Assembly: GCA_028293305.1 (NCBI GenBank)
Contig: JAQGPD010000285.1
Span: 1-33,567, forward strand
Direction of reading: 5' to 3'
DNA: 33,567 nt
Source: Verrucomicrobiales bacterium
GTDB lineage: Bacteria > Verrucomicrobiota > Verrucomicrobiia > Verrucomicrobiales > V1-33
Made by a program: the position numbers and the translations under genes. The stretch's first letter is position 1. Every line of letters starts with the position of its first letter. Below are positions 33,050 through 33,567 of the stretch, piece by piece. A model generated the notes under the pieces. The model had not been told where the DNA came from. It did not search any database and saw nothing but the letters and a program-made list of their open reading frames with translations.

Positions 33050-33567
33050 ATGAAGTCCATGCGTTTTCCATTTTCTCCGGCAGGTGTGGCGGGCGGTTTG
33101 CTCGGGGTGGTTCTGGCGACGTGGGCGGTGTGGGCGCGGGAGGAACCGGCGAATGTCACCAAGGGTTTGCCGGGGCTGTGGAGGTCGGAAAAACGGGTGA
33201 TTGATCTGCATATGCATATCGATGGAACACCGGAGCGGTTTGATAGGGCGGTGCGGATCATGGATGAGGCGGGCGTGGGGATCGGGGTGAACTTGAGTGG
33301 GGGAACGGTGACGCCCGGGGAGGGCGGGGAGTCGGAATTCGAGAAGGTGAAGGCCTTGGCGGATGAGAAATATCCCGGCCGGTTCGTGCATTATATGAAT
33401 CTGGATTATGCGGGATGGGACGACCCGGATTTCAGCGCGAAGGCGGCGCAGCAGATTGTGGATGGTCACCGCATGGGCGCGGCGGGCTTTAAAGAATACA
33501 AAAGACTGGGTTTGTTTTTAAAAGATAAGAATAAGGATCTGGTCCGCATCGACGATCCGAGGTTGGA
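33050..33567 (+). CDS. Amidohydrolase-superfamily (TIM-barrel metallo-hydrolase) protein, 3'-truncated by the window end
   Basis: This open frame is not in the ORF track because it has no stop before the window end. Translation: MKSMRFPFSPAGVAGGLLGVVLATWAVWA (signal/TM) ...'VIDLHMHIDG' (HxH metal motif) ...'GAAGFKEYKRLGL'. In-frame stop upstream at 32984. ATG 33050 is the first ATG; GTG alternatives lie at 33002, 33020 and 33029. Confidence 0.7.
   Translation, partial: MKSMRFPFSPAGVAGGLLGVVLATWAVWAREEPANVTKGLPGLWRSEKRVIDLHMHIDGTPERFDRAVRIMDEAGVGIGVNLSGGTVTPGEGGESEFEKVKALADEKYPGRFVHYMNLDYAGWDDPDFSAKAAQQIVDGHRMGAAGFKEYKRLGLFLKDKNKDLVRIDDPRL

Overview
GC-rich bacterial chromosomal window. I saw no rRNA, transposase, integrase or phage genes. 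I can support about 27 protein-coding genes, two tandem tRNA-Gln genes, and several non-coding repeats and terminators. Left block: pyrH-frr (+) and an HD-domain hydrolase (+), convergent with yicC-gmk-coaC (-). Centre (5.4-21.1 kb, all + strand): a secreted TPR/gluzincin protein, then a tightly coupled seven-gene MoxR AAA+/DUF58/VWA 'Bat-like' envelope cluster. That cluster includes a 1357-aa coiled-coil/low-complexity membrane protein, an 824-aa VWA plus amidotransferase-like membrane protein, and a terminal secreted protein with a clan-CD-peptidase-like His-Gly...Ser pattern. It is my best candidate for a poorly described system. Right block: rlmH (-); tRNA-Gln(UUG) and tRNA-Gln(CUG) (+); a GT4-GT9-SRPBCC envelope operon (-); an 857-aa lipoprotein with two near-identical in-frame tandem arrays (+); and a membrane-anchored EEP-family protein (-). 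It continues with cysD-[antitoxin/vapC]-cysN (-), where a PIN toxin-antitoxin pair is wedged inside the sulfate adenylyltransferase operon, then an ~0.8-kb gene-poor region with an orphan terminator, and a 3'-truncated amidohydrolase (+). Recurrent non-coding signals are AT-rich 7-8-bp periodic tracts in four spacers, a REP/BIME-like double-palindrome tandem, a G-quadruplex-capable run abutting coaC, and a TTTTCC(C)ACTCCCG-type motif. Gene content and Shine-Dalgarno-poor C/T-rich leaders suggest the PVC superphylum (Verrucomicrobiota-like), but this is inference only. All domain calls come from motif recognition by eye; no searches were run.
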